Positions 52,571 to 64,000 of a stretch of 64,000 nucleotides of DNA are shown piece after piece (positions within the stretch are counted from its first letter, which is position 1; the number at the start of each line of letters is the position of its first letter). The DNA is from Lama glama. Its lineage: Eukaryota. The stretch is taken from NCBI GenBank assembly GCA_028534125.1, contig CM052817.1:26848001-26912000 (forward strand). Reading direction: 5' to 3'. A model generated the notes under the pieces. The model was not told where the DNA came from, made no database searches, and was given only the letters and a program-made list of their open reading frames with translations. A program made the position numbers and the translations under genes.

Positions 52571-54550
52571 CTGACCCCCTAATATGTCTGTTTCATGTGC
52601 AAAATACACTCACCTCATTCCAACATCTTCAAGTCTTCACCCATTCCAGGATCAACTGTGAATCCAAAAATCTCTTTAAATATCACCAACTCAAAAAAAT
52701 CCCCAGTGTCATTCTCTAAGTCAGTTATGAGTGAGACTTGAATATTAACTTATTATTCAAAGAAATGAGCTATAAGTTGGGGTTTGGAAATACTTTTTTA
52801 ATGCAGAGTCAATTTCTGTAAATTAACTTAACCAGTATTGATTGTGGATTATTATTATCATTAGAAAAAATAGCATGTATGTAGATAGAATATATCATAG
52901 TCTATTAAATAAATATTTGTTGAATACCTACTATATACCAGGCACTCTTCTAGGTGCTAGAAATGTATCAAATTGACAAAAATCCCAACATTCATATTTA
53001 CATTCTGAAACTAATTATGTTCCACATTAGTAAGAAACAATTATTTTCAGAATGTATTCTTTACCTCATATATAAGTGAATAGTTTTTTTGATGATTTCT
53101 ATTTGTGTAGAGAACATATATGAATAAGCCTCAGAAATTCAGTTTGTTAGTTATAAGGTTGGTAAGCAGAGTGATTAGCTCTCTTGCCTTTAGAACCTGC
53201 ACAGCTATTATATTTCAGCTTAGTTCAGCATAAACATTTTATTAAGCACCACTATTTACCACTCTTTGTCATGTCATTTGAGGTCAAGTGTGTCTGCCCA
53301 CATCCTAAGTGACCTCTGCATCCCCTGACTTACTCTCTGCCTCAGCCACATGGAAATGCTTGCCGTTCCCTGAACATAGATCTTCATAACACTTGCGCTT
53401 TTGTTCATATTCTTCTTTCTGTCTAGAAATCACCCTTCTTTGCCTTATTGGATACCTACTTATTTTTCAAGACACAGCACTGATGCTACTTCCTCTGTGA
53501 AGTCTTCTTATTTTCTATCTCCCATTGCCAGAGTTACCTGCACCGTATTCTGTACTCCTACATAATTTTGTCTCTACTTGGCTCAGCATTCTTATTTCGT
53601 CTTCTTCATATTATTATGTAACAGTTTTTCCAACTAAATTGTAAACTGTATAAGAGAATTAATATTTATGTGCTTTGCACATAGTAGGCAAATAATGAGT
53701 GAATAAATATAAATTTTAAAGTGTTAAATTTCAGAAGATAATATACAAATTTAATAAGAGTTCCTGATATTTTAATTTATATGGAAAAGTATTTAGTGAT
53801 TTGATAAAATGTTTTAATTTTAAAAGCGTGGTAATATAAGAATTATTTATTATTTATGAATGAACCCTTTACTGTTGAATGAGAAATATTAAATATAAGA
53901 ACCAAAATTTTATTTTAAACATATTAGTGATTAGAGATTTTTATGTTTCTGACACAAAGTCTTTTCTTTGTTACGTACTTTCTTTTTTTATTTTTAATTT
54001 ATTTAATTTTTTATTGAAGTATATTATGTACTTTCTTGAATACTTCCTAACTCATCTGTTAGTATTCACAAAGTGACTGAGAAGAATAATGTAGTCATAG
54101 GAGCATTTTTATATTGTAATTGTGCAAAAAGTAACCAAAAGAAGGAAGTCATACTTTTTGTATTTTGACATGAGGAAATAACGGAATTTTGGATTGTACC
54201 TTTGTGATTACTATACGTATTTACCTGTTTTGATAATGGAAGCCTTTTTTTTTTTTTAAAAACGTTAGTGACTTGGGGAAGAGTTTTTAATATATTGAAA
54301 GGTTGCTATCCTTGGCATAGTTGTTTAAAGATGGAAAACTTGGGAAGTGTAATAAATTATTAGCAACATGAAATATAGAGCTTTTAATTTATAATAGTAT
54401 TGTACTACTTCAACATTTTATTCTTATTTGGAATTTTTGTTTAAACAATTGGTAAAACATAATAAAAGAAAATTTGTGGCAGCTGACTGTCTCCCTTGAT
54501 TGGCAAATAAGCTATTCTAACTATTAATTGTTTGCTGTTATCTGTTGCAG

Positions 54551-54674
54551 GCTTAGTCCTCCTGTTCTTCCACTGTGCTCCTTGAAGGAAATACATTTGT
54601 CCACTGACAAATTTTTCAGAATGGAACCATCTGAAATTACCAATGGTTGTTTTCTTTCTGTTCTAACAAGGGAG
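54551..54674 (+). CDS. NSUN7: NSUN7 coding exon 10 (LSPPVLPLCSL...NGCFLSVLTRE)
   Basis: gttgcag| ... |gtaagg; 124 nt; in frame. Confidence 0.95.
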
Positions 54675-55179
54675 GTAAGGAAAAAAATATGAATCCAAGT
54701 CATACTTAGGAATTAAGAAACAACAAAGCCTCATAAGAGGAACCTAAGAAAAATGGTGTGCTTATTTCATAAATAGCTAAAAGGCAGGAAAATTATTACT
54801 GTGTGACAAAAATCGCTGTTTTTGTTTTTATTCTTCTCCTGAGTGTTCTTCCCTTGCCCACTGTCTTTCCCACTTCTCTAAGTACCTAGTTTATCTATGG
54901 ATAACAAATAAGCTCTATAATTTTTTTTTCTATCAGGTTCACAAATGGGGCAGTTTAAGTACTAAGAAAGTCATTTCCTGAGGCTTATGGGATATATTAT
55001 GGGAGATATATATATATGTGTGTATATATATATAGAAAGAGAGAGAGACTAAGGCCTAAAAACATTTCTTTTAGTATAATAAAGATACTCTTCTATTTTT
55101 ACTGAAACACTGATAAATATTTATAATATACACAGTAATAGTTAACTCTGACACTTAGTAACTGCTTCTTTAATTATAG

Positions 55180-55818
55180 CGGGACCCATCTGAGACAGTG
55201 TCTGTGAAAGATGTTTTGGCCCGCGCTGCAGCAAAGGGTCTACTGAATGGGATTGAGTTGGGTAAACCTTCAAAACGGGAAAAGAAGAAGAAAAAATCAA
55301 AAATACCATTGCCAAAAGCTCCCACTGCTGATAATAACAGCGTCCAAATGAAAATTGCTGAGTTCCTGAGTCGAGAAACTAATGCAAATGCTAATCGGTC
55401 AGAGGCATTAACGACAAAAACATCTCTTCCACAGAAAAATACAAATCAAGTGGGTTCTTCCCCACAGGTCAGAAAAACCAACAAACCCACCACCAATCCT
55501 TTAGCGCCTACGTTTATGAAGAACACACCTCCTGCCAGACCCTATGAACGGCTGACAAACTTTGTGAGACCTCGCCCAGAAGATAGAATGATTGCACTGA
55601 AACCCATAGAGATTGTTTTGCCTCCAGTAATGTTGCCATTTTCAAGTTCCCAAGGGATCAGGTCTCACGTACCAACTCAACAGTTTTACTGTCGTTGGGT
55701 TGGGCCCAAGACTGTCATGCCTGGCTATCTTTCCACACCATCAGTACCCAGAAGGGGGGAAAAGCCTAAAGATAACTTACCTTCCTCCCTCCCCAGACGT
55801 CCTCGACCATGGCTTTGA
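55180..55818 (+). CDS. NSUN7: NSUN7 last coding exon (RDPSETVSVKDVLARAAAKG...PRRPRPWL*)
   Basis: attatag|; 639 nt ending in TGA; same frame as ORF 55198-55818; total spliced CDS 2178 nt = 725 aa. Confidence 0.95.
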   Translation, partial: RDPSETVSVKDVLARAAAKGLLNGIELGKPSKREKKKKKSKIPLPKAPTADNNSVQMKIAEFLSRETNANANRSEALTTKTSLPQKNTNQVGSSPQVRKTNKPTTNPLAPTFMKNTPPARPYERLTNFVRPRPEDRMIALKPIEIVLPPVMLPFSSSQGIRSHVPTQQFYCRWVGPKTVMPGYLSTPSVPRRGEKPKDNLPSSLPRRPRPWL

Positions 55819-56890
55819 CTGTCTTGTGTGTTTTACAGGGGTCAAGAGTAGTTGAATTTTTTTTCAAAGTCTGCTATTTCTCTGAAGGTTAGATATCCCT
55901 ACACAAAGTACTCATTCTTTTGATCACTTAGTGTCTTCTAAATCTGATTATTACCTTCAAGAGAATTAAGACAAATGAGAATAATGTATGTGAATTAAGC
56001 AAAGCAGAATTCAGAGATTTCAACAGCTGGGTGCTGGTCTGCTTTAGACTGTCCTTCTGTAGACTCCGTGTCTCACTCTTGTTAATTTTCAGTCGGGACT
56101 TAAGACACTAGTTTAAAAAGAAAGCTGCAACAAGTTTTCCTGAAGGGAAACACTGTGCCTTATAACATACCCTTTTAGAAATCAATTTGTGAGGCAGTTT
56201 ATTAGAAAGCATAGATACGGAAAAGGTGCTCTCACACTGACTTCAGTGCCCTTCCGTATCTAGTCAGCTGTAGTTTAACATTTCAACACTATTAAGGTTG
56301 ACTTTTTTCCCTTAAATATCAAAATATTCTTTAAACAGGGGATATTATGAGCTTTTGTGATGTGACTGAGGTTGAGTCTGAGTAGGAAGAACAGGAAGTG
56401 CCAAGGTTCCAGGTGTGGGCAGTTCAAATGTCTCTTCACAGAGTGAAGACTGTTTCTCATTGGAAGAGCTTCCAGGATCTGGGGCAGATTGAACGTAAGC
56501 GCTCCCTTCTGACTGTTTATGCCAAATATTGTTGTAAAAAAGTGACTGTAAGCAAACCTCCATCTAAATAGTAATTCTGAGGAAGAGGCAAAACTGTTGA
56601 ATACAAGTGACACACCTGTATTTGAAGAAATCTTTACAAATTTCTGATTCTATTCAAAGATCAGGTGAAATGGTCATTTCAAATGGCACACAGTAATTAA
56701 ACTTGGGTAAATCATTTCGGATGTGCAATTAAAATACATGTAGCACTATTTTAATTATATTAAGTCAATTCATCTTGACTGTATTATCAGTTGCCTTCAA
56801 GAATTGGTTATGATTATCATTTCTGGGTCTATTGGCTCTTTTTCATCATGGCAACAGAAATTAACATTAAAAAGTTACAACTATAAGTTT
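55819..56890 (+). other. NSUN7: NSUN7 3' UTR (end inferred)
   Basis: Follows the stop codon; candidate ATTAAA at 56866-56871, with an alternative AATAAA at 57124-57129. Confidence 0.55.
56866..56871 (+). terminator. Candidate NSUN7 poly(A) signal ATTAAA
   Basis: ATTAAA followed ~17 nt later by U/GU-rich ttttattgttt. Confidence 0.5.
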
Positions 56891-59800
56891 TATTGTTTGA
56901 AGAAATGTTCATAGACACATTCATAAACTTTGAATTTAAAGTTCTGTTTTCAGAACCTTTTATGTTGACTTGTGTTACGTAAATTCATAAATTTCAATTC
57001 AGGTGGCATGATTTTAATAGGATTTTATCCTCTTCAAGATGAATATTTAGGTCTATTTCAGCTCTAACATTCTATAATTTTCTCACTTGAAGGATAAAAA
57101 ATGGTGAACTTTGTTTTAGTAGTAATAAATTTTTTTAACTGAAGATTTACATTTATCAGTAAAATGTGTCAGTGAAGAAAGGAAACATGACTTTTTATAA
57201 TTGAACCAGACTTCTTATTTCTAAATCCCAAAAGAATTCTCATATTAATTATGAGTCTTAAAAAACACAGAAATGTTTTAAATGCTTAGCTTATTTACTG
57301 ATTTCAAAAATCAGAAACTGTATAATCTTTGCTCTAAAAATTATAGTACTTTTTTTCTTATTCCCCCTCTCTGACCTGGAGTATCTCATGTCTCCGGGAG
57401 GCTAGTGCAGCTTAACTGAATTTTATTCAGTAAAGAGCTGGTATTTTATCTCAGGAATCTTTTGTCCATTTCCTGCTGTCTTCCCTCTGCCCCAGGCTGA
57501 AGAGTATTCCATTGTCCAAAAGTAGCAGGTCTGAGATTTTTATTTTCTGTAATCAGTTATAAAGAAACTAATTACTGTTATGAAATAGTTCAGAATATTT
57601 TTCTGATTTCTATAGCAGCATGTGATTTAAGTCATGTCACAACTTTAAACACTTATTTTCAGTATATTATAACATGAATCTTGTCAGTAAATTATTTTTC
57701 TCTTTATAAGTATATGGAGATTTTGAATTAAACCACTCATTCATTAAGCCTACAGTTTTCTTCTTTGAGACTCTTCTAAGAAGGACGTGATTATTTACAT
57801 ACTTTGGTAAAGTAAAAGGGAAAATACTTTGGATAAAAACAATATGCAAGGATTCTAATGGAGAATATTGATTGCACTATTCTTCTTTCTTGAGCTTTTT
57901 AAAGTGCTGCAAAATTCTAAAATAATGACATTACTGGTATTTAGGTACTCCAATAGCAAATTCAGACTTTTATCTATAATTAGTTACCATTATATAATAC
58001 CTGAAACCAAATGAAATTTTTTTCCTTGAGAGTAACTGCCTTTGATAGAGTAAAACAGATAAATTACTGGGGGAAATGCAAGAAGAACAGAAAATGGGTA
58101 CATAACTTGAATTCTATTTGTCTTCTTCCATATGGCTAACAGTTAAACTAAACCAGATTCAACTGATTTGTTTTTCTAGTTACCTTTCATTTGGATTTAA
58201 TCCCTGTACAACTTTTTCATTCTTTGATACCAGGTTCTTAAAGGAAAGACAGACTGTTTTCCTATTAGAAAAAGTACTTGTACAAGTGTCAAGTTGGTGA
58301 CTGAATAGGCCTCTCTGTTCACAATGCCAGCTGTCCTTCCTGAGTACCAAGTAAGGGCAGTGTGATGTATTATTCAAAATTTAAAGTTTGTTTCTAGTCC
58401 TTACCAGGTGGTGCTAGCAGAACCTTACTTACTAAAATGATTTTTAATTTGAGGCAAGAATAATTTGAAAATAAAATGACTGGTGTGGAGACACTAAGCT
58501 TTTATTTCTATTTCTGGATACGTATGACTGAGATGTCAGATAAATGAGCCAAACGTTTTATGCAGCTAATTTTATTCTCACAACATGTTACATTTAAATG
58601 TGTAAAAGTGGTCACTAGCAAAAGGGGCAGAGAGCAAAACCAAATGTTCTTTTGGGATAAACGAGCTGCCCTGGATGGCAGGGGGTGCACTGGCTGATAA
58701 AGGGGGAGCATATCTTCTCCCTGAAGCTGAAATAAATTAAACTTCATGTGACTGGCTGCCTTACACACATGGTAGCTGTGTATTGGGTTAACTATGCCTG
58801 GCAAACTAGAGAACTAATGGTTTTACTAGTTAGGTTGTGCTCATATCAGTAAGGGAAATGTTTCTCACATTGCTTATGAAATCTTGAATTTGTGTTGCAA
58901 TGCTTATAAAATAAGTGTATCATATAAGAAAAGGAGGAAGGATTTAGTGCTTCTGGTAAATGACCTTGTGTAGAATCAATCATTGTACAAATGTTTGTCA
59001 TAAAATCATAAAGTGGAATTTTTAAAAAAAGTAGCAGTGCCAACAGTTTATCACCAAAAACTTATTTTAATGGAAATGGGTCTGATGGCCCTTCATGCAG
59101 TAAGACAGACAAACAAAAACAATGGTCCTTGTTAGCTATTGGTGATCTATATCCAGGTGGAAACAAAGGGCATGTGGACATGTGTCTGTCTCTTAGATGA
59201 GCTTACACGTGTTGTGAAGGATATAAAAACTAAGCACCAAGCAGTGCTTTAAGTTTGCAAAGTAAAGTGTTTAGCCATAGGCATGTTGGCTATTGCCCTT
59301 GATGTGGCCAAGGAGCACGTAGATGAGGTGGCAAGTCTGCGTCTATCTAGCTGCTTTTAAAAAATAAAAGGAACTTTAAGTATTTGGCCTTTTCGTCTAC
59401 ATATTCCAATAAAAATGTGACTACAAATCATTACAAAACCACCTTTTAGGCAATGTATAGTTCACTGAGATTACTGAGACCTGGATACATTGTCAGGTAA
59501 TATCCAGTAAAGATAATACATTAACACAATTATGTAGTATATTTCAGTAAAAAATAGAATAAATAAAATAAAAATATTTTAAGCTGTATTTAACAGGTTA
59601 ATTAAAAAAATGATAAGACATACAAGGCATAGTGAACATGGCTGCCTGTTTACCAAATCACAGATACAAAGAATGCATAGATAACCGAAGTGTCACTACA
59701 ATATCAGGTAAAACACTGGCATCCTTTCACAGAAAATACACACATACTTTCATACATACTTTTTGGCCATGGCAGAAAGTGTCTGAACATACGGTTTAAC

Positions 59801-62298
59801 ATAATTAATTTTACAAAATTAATTGCATTTAGTATGCAAAGCTATTTTTAAAACAAAATATCTGCAGTAAAGTTTTCAATATGTAAAGGCTATCATTCAT
59901 CTTAATGCATCCTATAATTGCATATATAAATCAGTTTGCTACTTAAAGCTAGCTCAGTATTCTTGATCCTGAAAACAAATGTATGCCTTAAAAAAATGAA
60001 TGGGGTTCTGGTAGAGATTCCCAATACAAAAATGGATCACTTGTTCAGAATTTTGAAGCTTATCACACTAAAATGTTTCACTGTGGAGAGCAAGATGAAA
60101 GATCATGATGACTGAATGTTGAACAGCTTTTCAAAGGGCAAAGTAAGGATTTTCTTAATGCAGTAATTTCTAATTTCTCATGGTATCATTGGTTACTTCA
60201 GAAGAACAGTATGTAGGCTGGTGAGAAGTATAATTCATTTCTAGAGTGGCATCTTTTTTGTCAGAACACAAGGGTGCTAGCAAACCATTCCAGAATTCTG
60301 AGAGGGAACAGAGGTGGGAGGCCACCTGCTCATTCCATCATGTTCTCTGGTGGCTAAGTATCAGGAGTTAGGAGTCTCTCTACCACAGGACCATCATCTC
60401 CGGACAATCTCGTGGGCTGGACAGGCTGTAATGCATGTAGAATCCTGTCCTTTACAACACATTTGAGGCACACTGCAGGAAAACACTCCTGGACTGAGAG
60501 AGGGCAATGGTTTTATAATGAATACCTGCGTGAGTAATTTGGACATATTTCCTACTTATACAGGGAGTCCTAAGATTGCCCGACAATAATTGGCTATGCC
60601 CAGAGTAATTCTGCAAAGATTCCTCCTGACTGGTGTGGAAGCAGTGTGATTTAAAACTGGGAGTTGAGAAGCATGGGTCCTAGTCCTGGTTTTCTCACAA
60701 ACGTCTGTGAGATCTTAGGCTAAGTGATTGAGCCTCTTGGTAATTCATAATATTTTTTATTTCTCAAATATGTTAGTATCTTCTCTACTGTATAAGGCTC
60801 GACTGTGATGATAAGAATGTGGAAACCATTTTCACAAGTACACAACAGTAGATAAACAAAGCGTTACTGTTATAACTGGATGTTATAAATGACAATTTCA
60901 TCATTGAAAAGTAAGTAGAACTAATGCTTTGAGCTTAGCAACTTCTTTTTAAAACAAGTGTCAACAAGTGTATCTTTACAGCTAAGTTTCTCATCTATAG
61001 ACAGAGAAGCAGGAGAGTGCTATTTGGGGAAGACTTGTTAAATAGTCCATTGTTCCCGTGTATATTTTGCTCCAATATGAAATTTTTTAATCTTGAAAAT
61101 AAATGGAAAAAAATAAATTTAAAAATATATCTAGAGTCCAACAAATTTTAATATTAAATACATAAATTCAGAAAGGCTCAATTTCGTGTAATTTGTTGCC
61201 ATGGACAATACATGATGGACAGACAGCTTTCTGGGCAAAAAGCATTCGGGTAAGATTAAGCTAGATGCAGAATTCTAGCAGAACATTTATTTAGGAGGTG
61301 GGAAACAACATAACGTGGTGGTGGAGGTCTAAAATATAAATGACATTTCCTCAACTCCAAATTGCATATCGGCTAATTATCAAACTAAGGATGAAAGGCT
61401 TATGAGGACTATTTCATTTTAATGTTCTTTATGTAGAGAATGGCCATAGTGAACTATAATTCTCTAGCTGCATTGTACAATATAAGGCAGAAGTTTGAAA
61501 TAGGTCCCACCCAAAATGCATTATGATTTTGTCAATCTCTTTCTTTTTGTTAATAATCAGTTTGAAAAGCATCTGAAAAGAAAGGCTATTTTTGTTTGAT
61601 TTTAATTTCTGAAATTTAGTTTTTCAATTTTGAAGCTTCACTTTTGTTTTTTTTCCCAACATCCCACAAACAGCTGTAGACATGAAATGGTGGTGTCCAT
61701 GTGTCAAAGAGCTTGTCAAGGAAAGCTGCCAGTTGGTTTCTATACTGATGCCAACAGCCAATTTTGTCAACCAAAGTTTCAATTTTATGAAAAACTAAAA
61801 CAAAAATTCGTCATCCTATTTTTACAGCAATTCAATGGTATCTGTTATGCAGTGTCTACTCCAATGTTGAAAACAAGGCAAAGTGCTGTAGGACTTAAAA
61901 GTTGCTTGTGACAGATCCAGTCAAGAAGACAGTGAAACTAATAACGCAGGCGTCATTCACTCCAAGCACTCAGCATCAGTTCACTGGGAGGGGCGTGGCC
62001 ACATCCTTCCCCGTGTGCGTGTGGAGTTACGTGACAGTCACGATATTTACAATCAGAAAGACCTTCCACTGCTCATGATGTAACTTACTGACAGCAAAAA
62101 AAATTAGTCATGCTTCTTTTCATATCACACGATGGTGGCAAGACGAGAGAACATGCTTGTCTAACACTGTTTGGTTAAGGATAAATTCTCCGAAGACAAA
62201 GCATCAGCAACTGAACGGAAGGCCGGAGATCAGTTTCTCCTCTTTAGTGTAGCTGTTCAATCTCCAGTAGATATCACAGCATCCTTTCACATATGCAG
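56870..62298 (-). other. APBB2: APBB2 long 3' UTR (end inferred)
   Basis: Largely repeat-poor AT-rich sequence downstream of the APBB2 stop; further TTTATT candidates, e.g. 58571-58576; APBB2 is recalled to have a multi-kb 3' UTR. Confidence 0.6.
56889..56894 (-). terminator. Candidate APBB2 distal poly(A) signal AATAAA
   Basis: TTTATT on the + strand; the minus-strand downstream sequence is U/GU-rich (tgttaatttctgttg). Confidence 0.55.
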
Positions 62299-62466
62299 CT
62301 ATGGCGTTTCTGTGACAGGGCGTTTCTGTTTCAAAGTGTCAATGAGGGACAAGACCCCCCGTTTTACATTGGTTGTGACTCTTCTGGTCACTGAGTCTGC
62401 TGGCGGAGGAGGTGGTCGGACTTTCTGTGAAGGTGGCCTGGCTACCAAGCACTTCTGGTATCGTAA
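62299..62466 (-). CDS. APBB2: APBB2 (FE65L1) last coding exon
   Basis: Reverse complement reads ccttatttcag|LRYQKCLVARPPSQKVRPPPPPADSVTRRVTTNVKRGVLSLIDTLKQKRPVTETP*, matching the recalled APBB2 C-terminus; 168 nt. Confidence 0.95.
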   Translation of the reverse strand, partial: LRYQKCLVARPPSQKVRPPPPPADSVTRRVTTNVKRGVLSLIDTLKQKRPVTETP

Positions 62467-62854
62467 CTGAAATAAGGCAGAACAGTTTTATGGTCATTAA
62501 TATCCCTTCTTGTTTAACGTGATTTTAATTCATCACCAGTATATTTACTCCCAAAGGTTAATGATCTGGCTCCTAAACATGAATTGAAAAGAGTTTACTA
62601 TTTTTTTTTTCTTAATGTGGAGTATTTTAAATTCTCTTAAAAGACCGTTATGCTCGACAAAGCTGTTTTGGCTTTTGCTATCTTTTTCTCCCATCCATTT
62701 CCACCCTCTGCTTGTTCTCTATATTGATAGACTGCGATTAATATACTTCATAGTCAAAGAGCTAATAAGGAAAAGACAAAGGATTGGGAGAGATATTATT
62801 AATTAAATCTTTCCTCAGAGACAAGTACATAAAGTATGTGCTCACAGCTGATTG

Positions 62855-63075
62855 AGAGACAGCATGGTAGAAAGGGCAGAATTTGAATGTAGGCTCTACC
62901 ACTTGGGAACTGTATGACGCCGGGCAAATTATTACACCTCTCTGAGCCTCAGTTTCTTCATTTGTAAAATGGCTGAAGAACAGGGACCTTAAGAGTGTTA
63001 GGATTAAGGAACACTTGCAGAATGCCTAACATAGGCCCACCAACACAGAAGGCATTCATAAATGTTGTTTCCTTT
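62855..63075. mobile_element. MIR SINE in APBB2 last intron
   Basis: ctctctgagcctcagtttcttcatttgtaaaatgg MIR core. Confidence 0.8.
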
Positions 63076-64000
63076 TCTATTTCCTGCTTTAATTTTAAAA
63101 AACTATGTACTGAGATTTCAAGATACATTTTATTTACAAGTCTAAGTTTTAATGGATTAATTTTTAAAAATCCATTAGCACTGGCGCCACGGACAGTTTC
63201 TGCCCTTCAGAAACATAATGACCCAATCACCTGCTTTGGTATCAATGAAAAGATACGTAATTCTTCAAAACTAGGTTAAAAGGGTAATATGTACCAAACA
63301 TTTTTCCCTAATCCAAGCACTTTAAAATAATTCCATGGCTGATTTTTAAAAACCTACTTAAATACGAATGAGTTCCTTAAAACAACTGTGAAACACACTG
63401 ATGTTCCCCCGAGAAGTAGAAACTATCCTACAGCAAGACTGTCACAACGCTCTGTCATAGCCCACAGGCCACAAAATTAGCCCCTTTCAACCCAATCGTA
63501 CGAAAAATTGACCAGTTTGTCTCCTGTGTGTAAAATACATTGCTGGGTCTGCGTCACAACCAAACTACAAACTTCCAAAGCACAGACTGACAAATGGACA
63601 GGCATGGCAATGTGGTATGCTGAACTGGGAGTTTCTACTGTTGGTTAAGTTACATCCAGTGAATCAAAATTGTGCCTGATAAATTATTTCATTAAGAGGA
63701 CCCCTGTCTCACTCTAAATTTCATCAAAATATTTTCAGCTGGGCCTATACCACACAGCTGCAAAATATGCCTAAAAATTAAGTAGACTCAAAGGAATGTG
63801 TTAACACTAGAGATTATTTCAGATTATATTAAATTCATACATAGATATTTCAGATGGAGAATCATGCAGATTTGAATCAAGAGGAAAGCCGCTGAGCTAG
63901 AAATGCTGGCTGCAGAGCGTAAAGAAAGGTTTGATTTTATCAGTATGCCTGACACTGGACTGGCTGAGTCATTTCAGCTGGTTGCTGTGATATAATTAAA

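Noticed and set aside
61195..61208. Second X-box-like GTTGCCATGGACAA
   Set aside because: Poor right half-site, located inside the APBB2 3' UTR with no promoter context.
62171..62470. 99-aa plus-strand ORF
   Set aside because: Antisense shadow of the APBB2 last exon.

Overview
Mammalian genomic DNA, probably from a camelid. This is inferred from tRNA-Ala-like SINEs resembling the camelid vic-1 type. The window holds a complete NSUN7 gene on the + strand: a CpG-island promoter with an RFX X-box, a probable non-coding exon 1, and 11 coding exons from 24581 to 55818. All of these exons have GT-AG boundaries and join in frame to 2178 nt (725 aa). The last coding exon of APBB2 (FE65L1) lies on the - strand at 62299-62466, and its long 3' UTR runs toward NSUN7 tail-to-tail. 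The first ~23 kb and the introns are mostly old and young L1, MIR/L2, MaLR/ERV LTRs and hAT DNA transposons, with a 500-N assembly gap. I found no new multi-gene system. The most interesting signals are interlocked, facing poly(A) signals for NSUN7 and APBB2, a perfect nested hairpin in the NSUN7 3' UTR, an in-frame uORF, the degenerate motif IV of NSUN7, and several clearly readable retrotransposition or repair scars. Gene and repeat identities come from recalled sequences, not from database searches.
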